A stretch of DNA of 64,000 nucleotides, from contig CAZTDD010000002.1 of the NCBI GenBank assembly GCA_964612675.1, forward strand, positions 138,461-202,460, in the 5' to 3' direction. Below the pieces are notes generated by a model. It made no database searches. It was not told the DNA's origin and worked only from the letters and a program-made list of their open reading frames with translations. The position numbers and the translations under genes are program-made. Shown here in pieces: positions 61,046 to 64,000 of this stretch. The first letter of the stretch is position 1, and every line of letters begins with the position of its first letter. The DNA is from an uncultured bacterium. GTDB lineage: Bacteria > Hinthialibacterota > Hinthialibacteria > Hinthialibacterales > JAKPRU01.

Positions 61046-61978
61046 TTATACTTTCAAACGGACCGGATTGAGGGTCTCGAAGTCTGCAGTCCCGATTCCC
61101 AGTTTGACCGCGGATTTCGTTGTGCCCAAGTAATCTTTTGGATGCCCGAACAAGGTGCTCGCGAAGGCATCCATAGCAACCGGATCGATACCGGCGGCGA
61201 CGGTGTCTCTGCGTTCAACGTCTTTGAGGTTTCCACCGACCGGACCGTTTCTCAAGAGAACACGGACGGTGTCCACGATGATCAGGTCGCCCGGTTGATG
61301 GAGGAACTTCGTGACATCGGCCATTGCCGGACCGAGATTCTGGTGCAGCCGGTTGCGCGGATCGCCTGTAATGCCCATCAGGTTCTTGATGGCGACCGTC
61401 ATCTCCGCGAGGCGGTGATGCTTGGCAATTGGCACGTTAATGCGTCGATCGCACTCGACATACTCCGTATAGATCGGCCATTTTTTGAGATTTTCGCCAC
61501 CGAGATCCATTTCCTTGAACTTTCGGTCGTCGAAGAAGAACACTTCCGCTCCGGCTTTCTCTGCCGCTTCCTGGATCCCGCTGCGAACATAAGCGCGTCG
61601 TGCGTCATGGCACGTATAATCGCCGACTCGGACCTTATCCGCGCCTGCTTCGTAGCACAGCTTAACAATCGTGGCGACTACGTCGGGATTCGTATCGGCT
61701 GCGTGCTCGGGTTTCCGGTCCCAACCGATGTTTGGCTTTACGAGAACAACGTCCCCCTTCGACACAAATCGGCCCATTCCCCCTACAGCCTTGGCTGCCG
61801 CCTCAGTCAGTTTGATGGCTTCTTCCTTGATGGCGTCGGCATCTTCTTGGGGATTCTTGTATTCCGCGATAGCCATCTTTGCATCGTCCGCTGCGAAGCT
61901 CTGAGGTGTGACGGTGGCAGCAACAGCGCCGAGAGCCGCAGCTTCGATGAACGAGCGTCGGGTCAAATGGTCTGACAT
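61046..61978 (-). CDS. DUF362-domain protein with Tat signal
   Basis: RRSFIEAAALGAVAA twin-arginine leader; DUF362-like core; co-oriented with the NapH/NapG-like genes. Confidence 0.5.
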   Translation of the reverse strand: MSDHLTRRSFIEAAALGAVAATVTPQSFAADDAKMAIAEYKNPQEDADAIKEEAIKLTEAAAKAVGGMGRFVSKGDVVLVKPNIGWDRKPEHAADTNPDVVATIVKLCYEAGADKVRVGDYTCHDARRAYVRSGIQEAAEKAGAEVFFFDDRKFKEMDLGGENLKKWPIYTEYVECDRRINVPIAKHHRLAEMTVAIKNLMGITGDPRNRLHQNLGPAMADVTKFLHQPGDLIIVDTVRVLLRNGPVGGNLKDVERRDTVAAGIDPVAMDAFASTLFGHPKDYLGTTKSAVKLGIGTADFETLNPVRLKV

Positions 61979-62194
61979 AAGTTACATCCTCCAACTGGGT
62001 TTGATGTTTTGTGCTTGCCTGGGTCATAGGCACAATTTGTCATAAAGTATAACTTTGCGTATTGTCGACGCAACGGCAGGAACGGCTCTTGCATGTCTCC
62101 GGACTCTAGTGCGAGACAGATGCGGCGGAGAGAATACAAACAGGATTTTTGTTGCTATTCTCTCCCGGGGAGGTCAACAAAGGGCACCGGAAAT

Positions 62195-62536
62195 ATGGAA
62201 CTGACACCTGCACAAAAAGCCGCCGGTTTGTTACTTCTTGTGGACCCGAATGTCCGCTCGGCAATCATTGAGTCCTTCAATGAGGTGGAGCGGGTACGCG
62301 TCGAGAAGGCGCTGCTGTGGATACACGAGCTATCGCCCGATGAACTGCGCCAGGTCGTCGTGAAAGTCTGCGAGGACCCAATGCTTAAAGTCCCCATCGC
62401 CGAGCGCGAGCTGGACGAGTGGTTTACAGCGCATCAGAAAAAAGAAAAACGATCGCTACTCGACTCCGCTACCGTGACCCGGTTTCTACGAAAACTCGAT
62501 CCCAGAACCCTCTTCTACCGTCCCCCAGACGAATAG
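62195..62536 (+). CDS. Hypothetical protein
   Basis: ORF with coding-like composition; start chosen at ATG 62195; no family recognised. Confidence 0.3.
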   Translation: MELTPAQKAAGLLLLVDPNVRSAIIESFNEVERVRVEKALLWIHELSPDELRQVVVKVCEDPMLKVPIAERELDEWFTAHQKKEKRSLLDSATVTRFLRKLDPRTLFYRPPDE

Positions 62537-62556
62537 AACTTCCTCAGAATTCCCGG

Positions 62557-64000
62557 TTACAGATCCAGCTTCTCAAGTCGCGAGGGTGGAAGAATTGCTT
62601 TGATCAATTCCGCAGGACTCGCCGAGGAGCGCCGGATTTCGGCCAAATCGGCGGCAAACCGCTCTACAGCCGCGTTGTCGATGCGGAGAGGATATTGCCG
62701 CGTGATCTCGTCCTGGAGAGACCGAAGCAGTTCTTCTTTCCTTTTCTCGGCCAGCATTTGGCCGACCTTCGAAACGGCTTCTTCAAATCGGAGTTGATGC
62801 GCCGGAGTGATTTGCGGACAGAAATAAATGTCGTATCCGAGGTGGTCTTTGTCGTAGTTCGCCAGGCGGGGTTCAGTCACTACGCCCTCTTCCAGCCGGG
62901 GCGCTATCTCGGTGAACGTCAGAAACTCCGTTCCCAGCTGATTCAATGTTACCTCGCCCACGAATCCTCCCTGGGCGGCGGTTACTCTATCGGATGAGTA
63001 GGCTCTCGCCGCCTGCTCGAAGGTGAGGTCCCCGGATGTGATTTGATTATAGATTTGCTGTGCCTGCGCCCTCGCCGTATCGAAGGCCACGTTTTGTTCG
63101 AAGGTGCTCATATCTTCCCGAATGTTCGCTTCGATAAAGATCTGATACAGGCGGTACCGTGGTTTGCTCACGAACTCCTGGCGATTCTGCTCATAGTAAT
63201 CGCGCAACTGTTGGACGGTGATCTCGTCTTTCCCCAACAAATGTCGCACATAGCGGTCCTGCAGTTCGTGCGTCGCGTAATACTCGACTCGAGCCGCAAC
63301 ATCGGCCTCTTCATAGCCGCGACGGCGTGCTTCGGTGAGCAGCAAGAGGGACGCCGCATATCCGTCGAACGCGTTTCGCCGTTCGGTGGTGGTCATTTCA
63401 TCGGTCAGATTTCCTTTTTCGCGGAGATCCTCCAGTGTGACGGGCGGGAGGCCTCTCACTTCGAGGACCACAGAGGCACTGGACACCTCCGGATCAACAA
63501 GCAACTCCGGTTTGTAGACCACAGCATTCTGCTGGACAAGACGCTCAACGAGGATTTGCTCCTCGCGCTCACTGCGCTCGCGGAAAATCTCCGAACGAAT
63601 CTGCATCCGAAGGACCGGCGTGAGTGGGACCTTTTCTTCCTTGGTTCGGTCGATTAGCTGATATACTGCAAGCCCTTTCGGTCGCTCTATGATGGGTGTG
63701 TATTCACCCACTTCCAGAGACAAGAGCGCCTCTTCAATCTCCGGAGGCATCCCAGCCTCTCCCTGTGTACGTTTCTGGGGACGTCCACGGACACGGGGCG
63801 CAGAGTCCGAATACTCTTCTGCCACCTCCTCGAAATCCTTGCCCTCTTTGAGTTCAGACACAGCTTTCTCCATGCGTTCCCGGGCTTTTTCTCGGCCCCA
63901 TTTCTCATCGAGGCTGATCATCCCGCGGAACGTGTAGGTTGCCGGTTCCGTGTAGCGTGATGGGTTGTTTCGGTAATAGTTCTCAACGTCTTCCTCTGTT
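62557..64000 (-). CDS. Parvulin-type peptidyl-prolyl cis-trans isomerase (SurA/PpiD-like), N-terminus beyond window end
   Basis: PPIase-domain C-terminal motifs near the listed Met (LKEGKDFEEVAEEYSD...GG) followed by a long chaperone-like domain; the frame stays open to 64000. Confidence 0.5.
   Translation of the reverse strand, partial: TEEDVENYYRNNPSRYTEPATYTFRGMISLDEKWGREKARERMEKAVSELKEGKDFEEVAEEYSDSAPRVRGRPQKRTQGEAGMPPEIEEALLSLEVGEYTPIIERPKGLAVYQLIDRTKEEKVPLTPVLRMQIRSEIFRERSEREEQILVERLVQQNAVVYKPELLVDPEVSSASVVLEVRGLPPVTLEDLREKGNLTDEMTTTERRNAFDGYAASLLLLTEARRRGYEEADVAARVEYYATHELQDRYVRHLLGKDEITVQQLRDYYEQNRQEFVSKPRYRLYQIFIEANIREDMSTFEQNVAFDTARAQAQQIYNQITSGDLTFEQAARAYSSDRVTAAQGGFVGEVTLNQLGTEFLTFTEIAPRLEEGVVTEPRLANYDKDHLGYDIYFCPQITPAHQLRFEEAVSKVGQMLAEKRKEELLRSLQDEITRQYPLRIDNAAVERFAADLAEIRRSSASPAELIKAILPPSRLEKLDL

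Noticed and set aside
62093-62194. Longer N-terminal extension of the 62195 hypothetical ORF
   Set aside because: The extension (MSPDSSARQMRRREYKQDFCCYSLPGRSTKGTGN) is Arg-rich with no RBS. The internal ATG at 62195 has a better context.
1-64000. tRNA, rRNA or tmRNA genes
   Set aside because: I scanned the gene-free stretches (6440-6576, 12738-12956, 13296-13606, 19985-20202, 25406-25753, 50000-50416) for cloverleaf-like acceptor/T-arm patterns and found none convincing. A tRNAscan or Infernal run would be needed to be sure.

Overview
The window is about 57% GC and comes from a bacterial chromosome with very tight gene packing and many overlapping start/stop junctions (ATGA). Most of it is housekeeping: the operons prfA-prmC, miaA-hfq-hflX and rplM-rpsI, plus murA, cysK, folK, sucC, trkH, nfi, sirC-like and dksA. 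These sit among many exported or secreted hydrolases (C25 gingipain-like, C45, GH-like, sulfatase-family, BNR/sialidase-like, LamG, and a triple FGE/SUMF1-domain protein). There are also nonulosonic-acid genes (neuA, neuC, a Maf/CgeB-like glycosyltransferase) and two Gfo/Idh/MocA-ThuA type sugar oxidoreductase modules. No rRNA, tRNA or CRISPR array was recognised. Unusual content: (1) a low-GC two-gene cassette of TIR-domain-only proteins (41021..41883), a candidate horizontally acquired antiphage/NADase module with no recognisable partner effector; (2) two inverted copies of a ~188-bp MITE-like element with 19-bp terminal inverted repeats that bracket a 3.5-kb islet carrying tandem paralogous double zinc-ribbon proteins, a GIY-YIG-like miniprotein and a C45 Ntn-hydrolase; (3) a 3-FGE-domain secreted protein interrupted by a -1 frameshift in a poly-G tract and flanked by 47-bp direct repeats; (4) several families of small interspersed hairpin/REP repeats and a 21-bp iteron-like tandem array whose units each carry an in-frame stop; (5) an orphan EutN/CcmL microcompartment vertex protein.
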